A stretch of 64,000 nt of DNA from Ostreococcus lucimarinus (lineage: Eukaryota): assembly GCA_000092065.1 (NCBI GenBank), contig CP000595.1; one strand, given 5' to 3'. This document shows positions 42,442-50,653 of the stretch, piece by piece. The stretch's first letter is position 1; each line of letters opens with the position of its first letter. The notes under the pieces are model-generated. The model was not told the DNA's origin, did not search any database, and saw nothing but the letters and a program-made list of their open reading frames with translations. Made by a program: the position numbers and the translations under genes.

Positions 42442-43047
42442 TCAGTGCGGTTTCGGCACGAACCCGTCCACCGCGAAATTCCGCGTCGCGCGCGGTAAAA
42501 TCACGACGCATCCCTCCAACGCTCCGCGCTCCAGCGTCACCTGACACCCCAACCTCGACGTCGCCGTCAACCCGTACGCCAAATCTAACATGTCGTTCTC
42601 GTCGTCGCACGCCTCCGGCAGCGTCTCGAACACTTTTTCGTCCTCGAACACGACGTGGCACGTGGAACACGCGAGCGAGCCCTCGCACGCGCCCTCGAGC
42701 TCGACGTCGTGCCGGTGCGCCGTCTCCAGCAGGTTCTCGCCAATCAATCCGCGCACCGCGCGTCGCTCACCGTCGCGCTCGACGAACGTCACCTCGATCG
42801 AGTTCTCGGGCGTGAGTTTCGTCTTTTTGTCCGCGCCGTGCGCGATCCGCGGCGACGCGGAGACGCCGCGAGCGACGTAAAGCTGGGCAGGTTTCTGGGA
42901 CGCGCGCGGCGCGGCGTCCCGGGGACGCGACGCCGACGCGCGCGGGAGGGCGGTCGAGGCGAAACACGCGGTCGACGACGACGACGACGACGACGACGCG
43001 CATCGCGCGCTCGCGGCGGCGCACGCGCGCGCGAGACGGCGAAACAT
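42442..43047 (-). CDS. Adrenodoxin-type [2Fe-2S] ferredoxin with an N-terminal mitochondrial-type presequence (intact copy)
   Basis: CEGSLACSTCHV matches the CxxxxxCxxCH cluster motif. LDLAYGLTATSRLGCQV gives the fourth Cys. The N-terminus MFRRLARACAAASARCASSSSSSSSTACFAS is R/A/S-rich. It is convergent with PYROXD1 copy B, whose stop is at 42359. Confidence 0.8.
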   Translation of the reverse strand: MFRRLARACAAASARCASSSSSSSSTACFASTALPRASASRPRDAAPRASQKPAQLYVARGVSASPRIAHGADKKTKLTPENSIEVTFVERDGERRAVRGLIGENLLETAHRHDVELEGACEGSLACSTCHVVFEDEKVFETLPEACDDENDMLDLAYGLTATSRLGCQVTLERGALEGCVVILPRATRNFAVDGFVPKPH

Positions 43048-43334
43048 CGGCGCGGTGGGACCTCGCGAGGCGCGAAGTGAAGCCGAGGCGAAGACAAAGT
43101 TGAAAGTCGAATTGCAACGCGGCGGCGCCTCGCGGCGGCGCGAGGGCCCGCGCGCGACGTGTAAGTGTTAATGTTGGTTAATAGTCGGTGGATCATTCGT
43201 CGACGTCCAGGGCGCGCGCGCGGTTCGACGCCGCTCGGCCGAGGTTTTGTTCAAACAGACGCGAAGAGCGGCGCGAGCGCGACTTCGCCGCTCGCCCCCC
43301 CTGCGGACGAGGGCGTCGGGCGCGCGTAAAAGAA

Positions 43335-43694
43335 TCATTCGTTCGGGTAAAGTTCCCTCTCAAACTCCTCCAAAGTTGCTAAATCGCTCGGTTTGAGCTT
43401 AATGCCCTTGTGTCCGCGCGGGTATCGGCGCTCCAGCGCCCGCATCGCGTCCTCCAATTTCCTCCGCTCGCTATACATCAGATACGCCACGGCGACGCTC
43501 GGCGCGCGCGAGTGCCCGCTCATGCAGTACACCAGCACCCTATTCGGCACCCCAGCCTCATCCGCGCGCTTCGCCTTGACGTGTAATTGCTCTAACTTCC
43601 TCACCGTCTCCCCTAAATCCAATTTCGTACCGTCATTCGCGTTTCGCGGCGCCGTGAAGACGTCTATTTGCCTAGAGCTACAGCACGGCGTGCA
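43335..43694 (-). CDS. Dual-specificity phosphatase, 3' exon with the catalytic CX5R loop
   Basis: VLVYCMSGHSRAPSVAVAYLM (C-x5-R P-loop). The exon boundary is approximate: a CAG acceptor-like site precedes 43694. Confidence 0.6.
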   Translation of the reverse strand, partial: CTPCCSSRQIDVFTAPRNANDGTKLDLGETVRKLEQLHVKAKRADEAGVPNRVLVYCMSGHSRAPSVAVAYLMYSERRKLEDAMRALERRYPRGHKGIKLKPSDLATLEEFERELYPNE

Positions 43695-43979
43695 CTGCGG
43701 CACGCTCTGTTCGTTCGCGCGCGTCGCGCCGTTCGTCAGTCACCGCGCTTCGCGCCCGCCGATCGCGTCCACCCATCCCACATCGTCCCCAAACCGTCGT
43801 CTCGCGCCTTCGATCTCGTCCCCTCCATTCGCGCTCGCCTCCTCCTCGTCTCTCCGCGCGCGTCCCGCTCGCGCGCGGGCCCCCCAAGTCCCGCGCCCTT
43901 CCCCGCGCTCCCGTCCCGTCGCCTCTCTCTTCCCGCGCTCGCGTCGTTCGCCCGCCGCGCTCGCCCGCTCGAAACGCAC

Positions 43980-44252
43980 GTTCATCACCGTTCGTATCCC
44001 GCACGCCAGCAGCACGTCCTCCTTGCTCGTGTGTTCGAACGCGCCGAGGCACAAAAACTTGTCGATGACTTCGATGATTGGTTCGTCGTGCCCCAATCGC
44101 GGTCTCGGGAGGTCGTCGAGGTCGTCGTCGACGCGTCGGTGGTGGCCGCAGACGCCGCACGTCGTGCCCGGCGCGTGGTCGTGGCCGCACGCGCGGCACC
44201 AGGCGGCGCGCGGCGGCGGGGCGTCGTCGTCGCTGTCGACGACGTGCGGCAT
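43980..44252 (-). CDS. Dual-specificity phosphatase, 5' exon with an N-terminal Cys/His zinc-ribbon-like stretch
   Basis: MPHVVDSDDD...WCRACGHDHAPGTTCGVCGHH...EPIIEVIDKFLCLGAFEHTSKEDVLLACGIRTVMN, the DSP domain start, then a GTGCGT donor at 43979. The exon-2 reading frame has no Met near the domain, so a roughly 285-nt intron is inferred. Confidence 0.55.
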
Positions 44253-44305
44253 CGTGTGCGCGCGTGGGGGGGTCGGGGGCGATGCTTTGCGTGTGATTGT
44301 CGCGC

Positions 44306-44512
44306 ATTCGGCGTGTCTAATACGGGGTTGAGGTGCGTATTGGGGGGGGCGTTCGCGTTGATTAGGTTAGGCGATTTTTGTGTCCGTGTTTTTATGGAGG
44401 TGATTGATTCTTTGGGTGCGCGCGTCCCGGATTCGGCGTGTACAATACGGGGTTTAGGTGCGTATTGCGGGGGACCGTGATCGGGCGATTTTTGTGTCCG
44501 TGTTTATATGTA
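44306..44512. repeat. Two tandem copies of a roughly 125-bp element in the divergent DSP/PITH promoter
   Basis: attcggcgtgtctaatacggggttgaggtgcgtattgggggg...gcgatttttgtgtccgtgtttttatgg is repeated with minor changes from 44431. Confidence 0.7.
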
Positions 44513-44597
44513 GTCTCACACTGACCTCGGCGGTCGATCGCGCGCCGTCGTCGGTTCGAAACGCGCCGCAACGCCACGCGCGTCGCCATATCGCGCG

Positions 44598-45095
44598 ATG
44601 CTCGACTTGATCGACCACGTCGATGAGCGCTCGGTGGAGTGCCTGAACGCGCTGACGGACGAGAGCTGGCGCAACGCGCTGTGGCCCGGACCGCGGGATC
44701 GGGCGTCGTCGACGCTCGTGAGCGACGACGACGAGGAGCTCATCCTGCGCGTGGAGTTCACGTCCAACGTGCGACCGCGCGCGGTGAAAATCGCGGGCGC
44801 GAGCGCGACGCACGCGCGCGAGGACGCGAGCGCGCCGCGGGTGGTGAAGATATTCGTGAACGCGCCGAGTCTGAGCTTTGAGAATGCGGCCAAGCGGCGC
44901 GCGGCGCAAGTCGTCGAGCTCGACGGCGACGACGAGGTCGAGCTCGACGTGACGGCGTTTGAGAACGTGCGCGTGATGACGTTTTACGTGGAGAGCAACG
45001 TGGGCGGGACGGCGCGGACGGAGATCGGGAGGATCGATATCAAGGGCGAGCTCTCGGGCGAGCTGCGAGACGTGTCGGAGCTCAAGCCGTGCTGA
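44598..45095 (+). CDS. PITH-domain protein (PITHD1-like)
   Basis: LIDHVDERSVECLNA...EELILRVEFTSNVRPRAVKI...VKIFVNAPSLSFENA...VRVMTFYVESNVGGTARTEIGRIDIKG fits the PITH/DUF1000 pattern. Confidence 0.7.
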   Translation: MLDLIDHVDERSVECLNALTDESWRNALWPGPRDRASSTLVSDDDEELILRVEFTSNVRPRAVKIAGASATHAREDASAPRVVKIFVNAPSLSFENAAKRRAAQVVELDGDDEVELDVTAFENVRVMTFYVESNVGGTARTEIGRIDIKGELSGELRDVSELKPC

Positions 45096-45467
45096 GGACG
45101 GTAGGATTCGTCGTCACCGACGATGGATCCGGCCCCGAACGATGCGGTTACGATACGACTGAATGTTTTTACGCGCGTCGGTGCCGGGCACCGACGGGAG
45201 CGGTGGATTTTTACCGGGTCAAGGCGTCGGCGGCGCTCGAAACGAATTCGAGCGCCGCCGACCCGCGTGACGACGCGCGGCGAAAGCTCGCACCTCGAGC
45301 CGCCGCGCGTCCGATTTTCCGGTTCAAAAATGCCATTCACGAATCAAACCAACATACTAGACTATAGCGTATAGCCTCGCGCTGTGTAATATAGAGCATG
45401 TGTACCCGACGCCGCGTCTGTACCCGACGCCGCGGCGCCGCATTGACCGACTCGCGCGCGCGCCGTC

Positions 45468-46952
45468 ATGTCCTCCGCGCCCGCGCCGCCCGTGCGCGTC
45501 GGTCACGCGCTGAGTGGGATATTCGTCATCAACCTGCGCGGAGACGTGCTGCTGATGCGCGCGTACCGCGAAGACATCGAGCGACACGTGTTGGATGCAT
45601 TTCGCACGCAGATCCTGAATCCGCGCGGTGGCGCGCGACGCGACGCGCGATCGACGCCTCGACGCGGACGCAAAGACGACGGATTCGCCACGGAAGCGCC
45701 GGTGCGAAGAATCGGGAGCGTGACGTACATGATGAAACGGTCGAGAGACGTGTACGTGGTGGGGATCGCGCGCGGGCAAGGCGAACGGGGCGGACCGGGC
45801 GACGCGAATTTAATGCTCGGATTCACGTTCCTGGGACACGTCGTGCGGCTGTGCAATCAATACTTTGGCGCGTGCGATGAAAACGCGATCCGTGGGAACT
45901 TTGTGCTGATGTACGAGCTGCTGGATGAGATTTGCGACGACGGGTATCCGCAGATAACCGCTGGGGAGACGCTGAAGACGTACATCACGCAGAAGGGTTC
46001 TAAACTTGAAGGTGCGATCGGAAAAGAGGCGATGGAACGGAGCGCGGCGGAGGACCAACGCCGGGCGATGGAGGCGGCGAAACAGGTGACGAGCGCGGTG
46101 CAATGGCGAAGAGAGGGGTTATCGTATAAGAAGAATGAAGTGTATTTGGACATCGTGGAGAGCGTGAATCTGATGATGAGCGCGGAAGGCACGGTATTGC
46201 GAGCGAACGTGCAGGGTTCGATTTACATGAGGACTTTTCTGAGTGGGATGCCAAACCTCAGCGTCGGGCTGAACGATCGCCTCGGGGAGACGACGCGCGT
46301 GACGTCGCGCGGCGAAGACGCCGAGACGAGCGCGGCTCGCGATCGAAGGCTGATCGACCTGGACGATTTACAGTTTCATCAGTGCGTGCGACTGGATAAA
46401 TTTAGCGCGGAAAAAGTGATCGAGTTCACCCCGCCCGATGGCGAGTTCGAGCTCGTCAAGTATCGCGTGTCGGATAACATCACGCTTCCGTTCAAGCTCA
46501 TGCCCGTAGTGAAGGAACTCGGTAGAACGCGTCTGGCCGTCACCGTCAACCTACGCTCGCTCTACGGTCCCACGACCGTGGCGAACGAAATTAAAGTGCG
46601 AATCCCCGTCCCCAAGCTCACCGCGCGGGCGACGATCAACGTGAGCGGGGGCAAGGCCAAGTACGTACCCGAGGAGGGCTGTCTTCGCTGGAAAATCAAA
46701 AAGTGCGCGGGTCACGAGGAATACCAGCTCGACGCCGAGGTCTTACTCGCCAACACGCTGGAGGACCACAAACCTTGGGTGCAACCGCCGATAAACATCG
46801 CGTTTCACGTCCCGATGTTCACCGCCTCGGGCTTGCGAGTGCGCTTTCTCGAAGTCAAGGAGGCGTCCAACTACGACGTCGTCAGGTGGGTGCGATACTT
46901 GTGCCAGAGCGGCGGTTCGTCGTCGTCGTCGTACGAGATTAGATGCGCGTGA
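45468..46952 (+). CDS. AP2M: Clathrin adaptor AP-2 complex mu subunit (mu-homology domain protein)
   Basis: SGIFVINLRGDVLLMRAYREDIERHVLDAFR, NFVLMYELLDEICDDGYPQ, TYITQKGSK, and the C-terminus SGLRVRFLEVKEASNYDVVRWVRYLCQSG...YEIRC resembling AP-2 mu. Confidence 0.8.
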   Translation: MSSAPAPPVRVGHALSGIFVINLRGDVLLMRAYREDIERHVLDAFRTQILNPRGGARRDARSTPRRGRKDDGFATEAPVRRIGSVTYMMKRSRDVYVVGIARGQGERGGPGDANLMLGFTFLGHVVRLCNQYFGACDENAIRGNFVLMYELLDEICDDGYPQITAGETLKTYITQKGSKLEGAIGKEAMERSAAEDQRRAMEAAKQVTSAVQWRREGLSYKKNEVYLDIVESVNLMMSAEGTVLRANVQGSIYMRTFLSGMPNLSVGLNDRLGETTRVTSRGEDAETSAARDRRLIDLDDLQFHQCVRLDKFSAEKVIEFTPPDGEFELVKYRVSDNITLPFKLMPVVKELGRTRLAVTVNLRSLYGPTTVANEIKVRIPVPKLTARATINVSGGKAKYVPEEGCLRWKIKKCAGHEEYQLDAEVLLANTLEDHKPWVQPPINIAFHVPMFTASGLRVRFLEVKEASNYDVVRWVRYLCQSGGSSSSSYEIRCA

Positions 46953-47109
46953 AATGTCGGTTATAATTCACATCCCGCTTTAGCCATCCCGTCACCGCGC
47001 TGTTTTTATCGTCGCGAAGCTGTCGTCCCGCTCGCGTCTGGGACAGACTCCTCAGATACCGCCTCGCCGCCCGTCGTCTCGCCACCTCGCGCGGTACCGG
47101 CGTCACGCG

Positions 47110-47283
47110 ATGTCCATGTTTACCACACGCGCGTCGAGCTTCGCCGTAGGCTTCGCCGTGGCTTCCGCGGGTGGCTTTTACGTCATCAAAGAGGAGATTC
47201 AGAAGAATCACGAGGCGTTGGCGCGTGAGTGTTCGACGCTGTGCGATCGCGTCAAGGCTCTCGAGGCGCGCGTGGGGAAGTAA
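47110..47283 (+). CDS. Candidate 57-aa small membrane-anchored coiled-coil protein, absent from the ORF track because it is under 60 aa
   Basis: ATG...TAA reading MSMFTTRASSFAVGFAVASAGGFYVIKEEIQKNHEALARECSTLCDRVKALEARVGK. Third codon positions are GC-rich. It lies between the convergent 3' ends of the AP-2 mu and ANK-MYND genes, so it could instead be UTR sequence. Confidence 0.3.
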   Translation: MSMFTTRASSFAVGFAVASAGGFYVIKEEIQKNHEALARECSTLCDRVKALEARVGK

Positions 47284-47348
47284 TAGCATAGCCGATGCCA
47301 CCGCATCGTTGTAGTAGCGCACGGATATCACGTCGTGTATCTGACAAG

Positions 47349-48980
47349 TCACCGCGGTTCCACGGATGGCGTCGAGAGAAGCGTTTCGCGAAGCGTCGGA
47401 AACGCGTCGACGCACAGAGCGCGGTGCGTCGGCCAGGATAACCTCTGACACGCGGATGAACAGTAAATCTCGCTTTTGCATCGCGCGCAGCGTTTCGGCG
47501 ACGTCGTCAGACGGAAACATCCCGCGCACGTCTTCGGCTTTCGAGGAAGCTGGGCAAGATCGAAGTGCCGCGCACAGAGCGCAGAGGCGGCACCGATGGC
47601 GCTCGCGATGTCTGCGTCGGTGTCTCGTTCGCGCGTGCCTAAAACGTCGCCTCTTTCGATCGGGTCGGGCCATGATCGATGTTTTCGGGGTGTGTCGATG
47701 CTCGCCGCGAGAAGCGCCTCGCCAGATTGGCCGTCATTGTCGACGATTTCCCTCACGACGCGGATGACATCGAACTCTTTCAAAACTTCGAGCGCCTCTG
47801 TCGCGTTGCGATGACACGCCCAGTGGTACGCCGTACGCCCGCGCGAATCGACAAGTGCGGTGAGTTTCGCCGGATCTTTCGCTCGTCGTAAAATCATTCG
47901 AGCCAGCGGCGCGTTGGAGTGCGCGCACGCGAGCATCAACAACGTTTGCCCGCTCGAACACCGCACTTCGTCGTCTCCGTCGTTCTCATGCGCATCGAGT
48001 GCGAATGTCATCAACTTCATGCGGCTCGCGAGCATCTCAGTGGCGCGTCCTGGTTGTCTGACGGCGTCGCGAGTCATGCTATCCGCGAGATAGTGCACGG
48101 GCAACCACCCGTGGGGTCTACAACGCACGTTCAAGTCGCCGCCGGCTGCGCACAGAGCTTCTACCGTTCGTAGCTCTACTCCGAATCCGAAAGCCGTGTG
48201 AAGCGCGAAATCGTCCACCCTGATACCCGGGGTTCGCAAGAGCGCTTCTACGATAGAATGCCGGCCGATCCTGCAAGCATGCTGAAGCACGCTGCCGTGC
48301 GCTCCCTTCGCGTTGACATCGGCGCCAAGGTGTATCAGAAACTCGACAAAATCCACATCTTGTCTACCATCGATCGCGTACATCAGCGGCGTCCTCTGAA
48401 GACTATCTCTGCGATTGACGACGCATCGCGCCGATTCGAACGGTTGCCGATTTCCGACGAACGCCGCGACGTGCGACGTCGATCGGTCGGCGTCCCCTAC
48501 TTCATCCAATATACTTTCGATCCACGTCTCATTCCATCGATCTATATCCATCGCAAACGTTGCGTTCGCGATGCGTCGACGAACGGGCGACCCGATCGTT
48601 TTCTCGCCGTCGGCGAGTCGCATCAAGATGTCACATCGTTGCCATCGCGCCGCGCAATCCACTAAATGAATCTGCTTCGACGGCGTGTTCGCGGCCCTCA
48701 CGACCGTCTCAACGATCATATCGGATGTTTTTGCGTCGCAGCACACGAGCATGGCGGCGGAAACACCGATGGGTGAGACTTTGAACGCGTCGCAACCGTT
48801 CGCGAGCAACCACAGCGTCGTGCTCGGCGAGGCGAAGGGAGAGAGCACAGAAACGGAAAGCGCATCAAGGCCATCCACGCACGCCAGCGCGGGATCGATC
48901 TTCCCTTCCAACGACAGCGCTATGACGTCGTCCAACTGGTCGTGATAAACCGCGATGAGGAAGATTTTATTGATGGACAT
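47349..48980 (-). CDS. Ankyrin-repeat protein with a C-terminal MYND zinc finger
   Basis: ANK repeats (TPLMYAIDGRQDVDFVEFLIHLGADVNAKGAHGSVLQHACRIGRHSIVEALL) and MYND CAGCFRLTTSPKRCARCKSEIYCSSACQRLSWPTHRALC. Confidence 0.75.
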   Translation of the reverse strand: MSINKIFLIAVYHDQLDDVIALSLEGKIDPALACVDGLDALSVSVLSPFASPSTTLWLLANGCDAFKVSPIGVSAAMLVCCDAKTSDMIVETVVRAANTPSKQIHLVDCAARWQRCDILMRLADGEKTIGSPVRRRIANATFAMDIDRWNETWIESILDEVGDADRSTSHVAAFVGNRQPFESARCVVNRRDSLQRTPLMYAIDGRQDVDFVEFLIHLGADVNAKGAHGSVLQHACRIGRHSIVEALLRTPGIRVDDFALHTAFGFGVELRTVEALCAAGGDLNVRCRPHGWLPVHYLADSMTRDAVRQPGRATEMLASRMKLMTFALDAHENDGDDEVRCSSGQTLLMLACAHSNAPLARMILRRAKDPAKLTALVDSRGRTAYHWACHRNATEALEVLKEFDVIRVVREIVDNDGQSGEALLAASIDTPRKHRSWPDPIERGDVLGTRERDTDADIASAIGAASALCARHFDLAQLPRKPKTCAGCFRLTTSPKRCARCKSEIYCSSACQRLSWPTHRALCVDAFPTLRETLLSTPSVEPR

Positions 48981-49058
48981 CGAGAGGCGAGGCGAGGAGT
49001 GGAGGTTCGTTCTTCGTTTCGTACTACAGACTAAAGTTAAAGTGTAAAAAGCGTCGCC

Positions 49059-49712
49059 CTAGTTCATGCTCGCCATGCGAGCCGCCACGTCCGCCATCAA
49101 ATCTCTTCGTTTCTTCAACCGATCGGTGGCGTCGTACACGATCGTCTCGCACCCGTTCTTATCGACAATCTTGACCAAATAATCCGTCGGCGCGGTGACC
49201 AAGCGCTCGCACACCTCGCCGACGCACAAATCCACCAAATCCATCGCCTGCGCCCTCGACATGTTCGGCACCCAGTGCTTATCGAACAACGACAAGCAAA
49301 ACATCCCCCCGTACCCGTGTCCTCCGGTGTTCACCCGATGACACGTCGCCAAGTAATCCATAAAATGCAACTCGGGTTCGTTTTTCAATTTATCAAACCC
49401 CGCGAGCAAGCAGTTCACCTGATACGGTCCGCTCCTCAGCGCCTCCGCGAGTTCATTCCTCGCGTAATGCGCCGTCGCGCTCACGTCCAACTCGTGTCCA
49501 TATTTCAACCGGTACAACCGCACGTTCGCGCGCAGGTACTCTCCGAACGCGACGCAGTCGCCCTTCGGTCCGCTCAGCGCCATGATCTTCGTCGAGTCCA
49601 GCTCCACGATCTTGTCCTCGTCCAGTTTTTGCACTATGATTTGCTGCGTCGCCGCGCGGTCGGCGACCAGCACGGCGAAGTCGTATCCCACGAATCCGAA
49701 CACCACGTCCAT
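49059..49712 (-). CDS. PSMB2: 20S proteasome beta subunit (PSMB2/beta-4 type, non-catalytic)
   Basis: DFAVLVADRAATQQIIVQKLDEDKIVEL...VAFGEYLRANVRLYRLKYGHELDVSATAHYARNELAEALRS...YQVNCLLAGFD parallels the PSMB2 sequence along its length. Confidence 0.8.
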   Translation of the reverse strand: MDVVFGFVGYDFAVLVADRAATQQIIVQKLDEDKIVELDSTKIMALSGPKGDCVAFGEYLRANVRLYRLKYGHELDVSATAHYARNELAEALRSGPYQVNCLLAGFDKLKNEPELHFMDYLATCHRVNTGGHGYGGMFCLSLFDKHWVPNMSRAQAMDLVDLCVGEVCERLVTAPTDYLVKIVDKNGCETIVYDATDRLKKRRDLMADVAARMASMN

Positions 49713-50005
49713 CGCGCGTCGTCGTCGTTTCTATTCGTTGAATGAATGAATGAACGCTCGCGCGCGATCGATCTGTGATTCGCGACTTTAACCGTCTCCG
49801 CGCGCGCGCGATCGCGTCCCGCTCGACCGCGTCCCGCTCGACCGCGTCGCGCGCACCGTTCCGCGCTTTCGGCGCTCGCTCGCTCGACGCGCGGACTCGA
49901 CGCGTCGACGTGTGCGGCGCCGAAAGCGCCAATCGTCAACGACGCGTCAACGACCGACGCGCGGCGACACTTCGCGTCGCGCGCTCGCGTCGCGCCGCTC
50001 TCGAC

Positions 50006-50605
50006 ATGTCCGCCGAGCGCAAGCGCTACGCCGTGGTGTGCGCGGCGAACTTTAACCGCTCCATGGAGGCGCACAAGGTGCTCGCCGAGCGCGGACTCGA
50101 CGTCGCGAGTTTCGGCGCGGCGTCGCGCGTCAAGCTCCCGGGGGCGTCCCGGGACGACCCGAACGTGTACGATTTCGATTCGATCACGTACGAGGACATC
50201 GCGAGCGATCTGGAGCGACAACCGCGGGAGACGGTGGAGAATTACGAGGCGAGAGGGATGTTTGAGATGCTGCGGCGAAACGCGAAGATCAAACCGGCGC
50301 CGCAGCGATGGCAGACGCACAGCGATCGAGAGCGGTTCGACGTGGTCGTGTGCTTCGAGGAGAGGGTGTTCGATCTCGTGATGGAGGATCTGCGAGCGAA
50401 GGGAGGGGCGCGGGAGGGGGTGCTGGTGGTGAATTTGGACGTGCGAGACTCGCACGATTCGAGCGTGGACGCGGCGCCGAGGGCGTTGCGGTTGTGCGAG
50501 GCGTTGGAGGCGAGCGAGGATTGGGAGAGCGAGGTGGATGAGATCATGAATGCGTTCGAAGAGGCGGAGGGGATGCGACCGTTGTACGGCGTGTGTTATT
50601 ATTGA
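50006..50605 (+). CDS. SSU72: RNA polymerase II CTD phosphatase SSU72
   Basis: YAVVCAANFNRSMEAH (catalytic CxxNxNRS), VKLPGASRDDPNVYDF, VVNLDVRDSHDS, RPLYGVCYY. The start is the Met in MSAERKRY; the upstream ORF extension is GC-rich noise. Confidence 0.85.
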   Translation: MSAERKRYAVVCAANFNRSMEAHKVLAERGLDVASFGAASRVKLPGASRDDPNVYDFDSITYEDIASDLERQPRETVENYEARGMFEMLRRNAKIKPAPQRWQTHSDRERFDVVVCFEERVFDLVMEDLRAKGGAREGVLVVNLDVRDSHDSSVDAAPRALRLCEALEASEDWESEVDEIMNAFEEAEGMRPLYGVCYY

Positions 50606-50653
50606 TGGATGATTGTACAGCGCGCCGGCGACGCGCTCGTATTTTACAACTCG

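Larger units (their letters stand above)
40318..42845. repeat. Segmental duplication copy B (see copy A)
   Basis: As for copy A. Confidence 0.9.
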
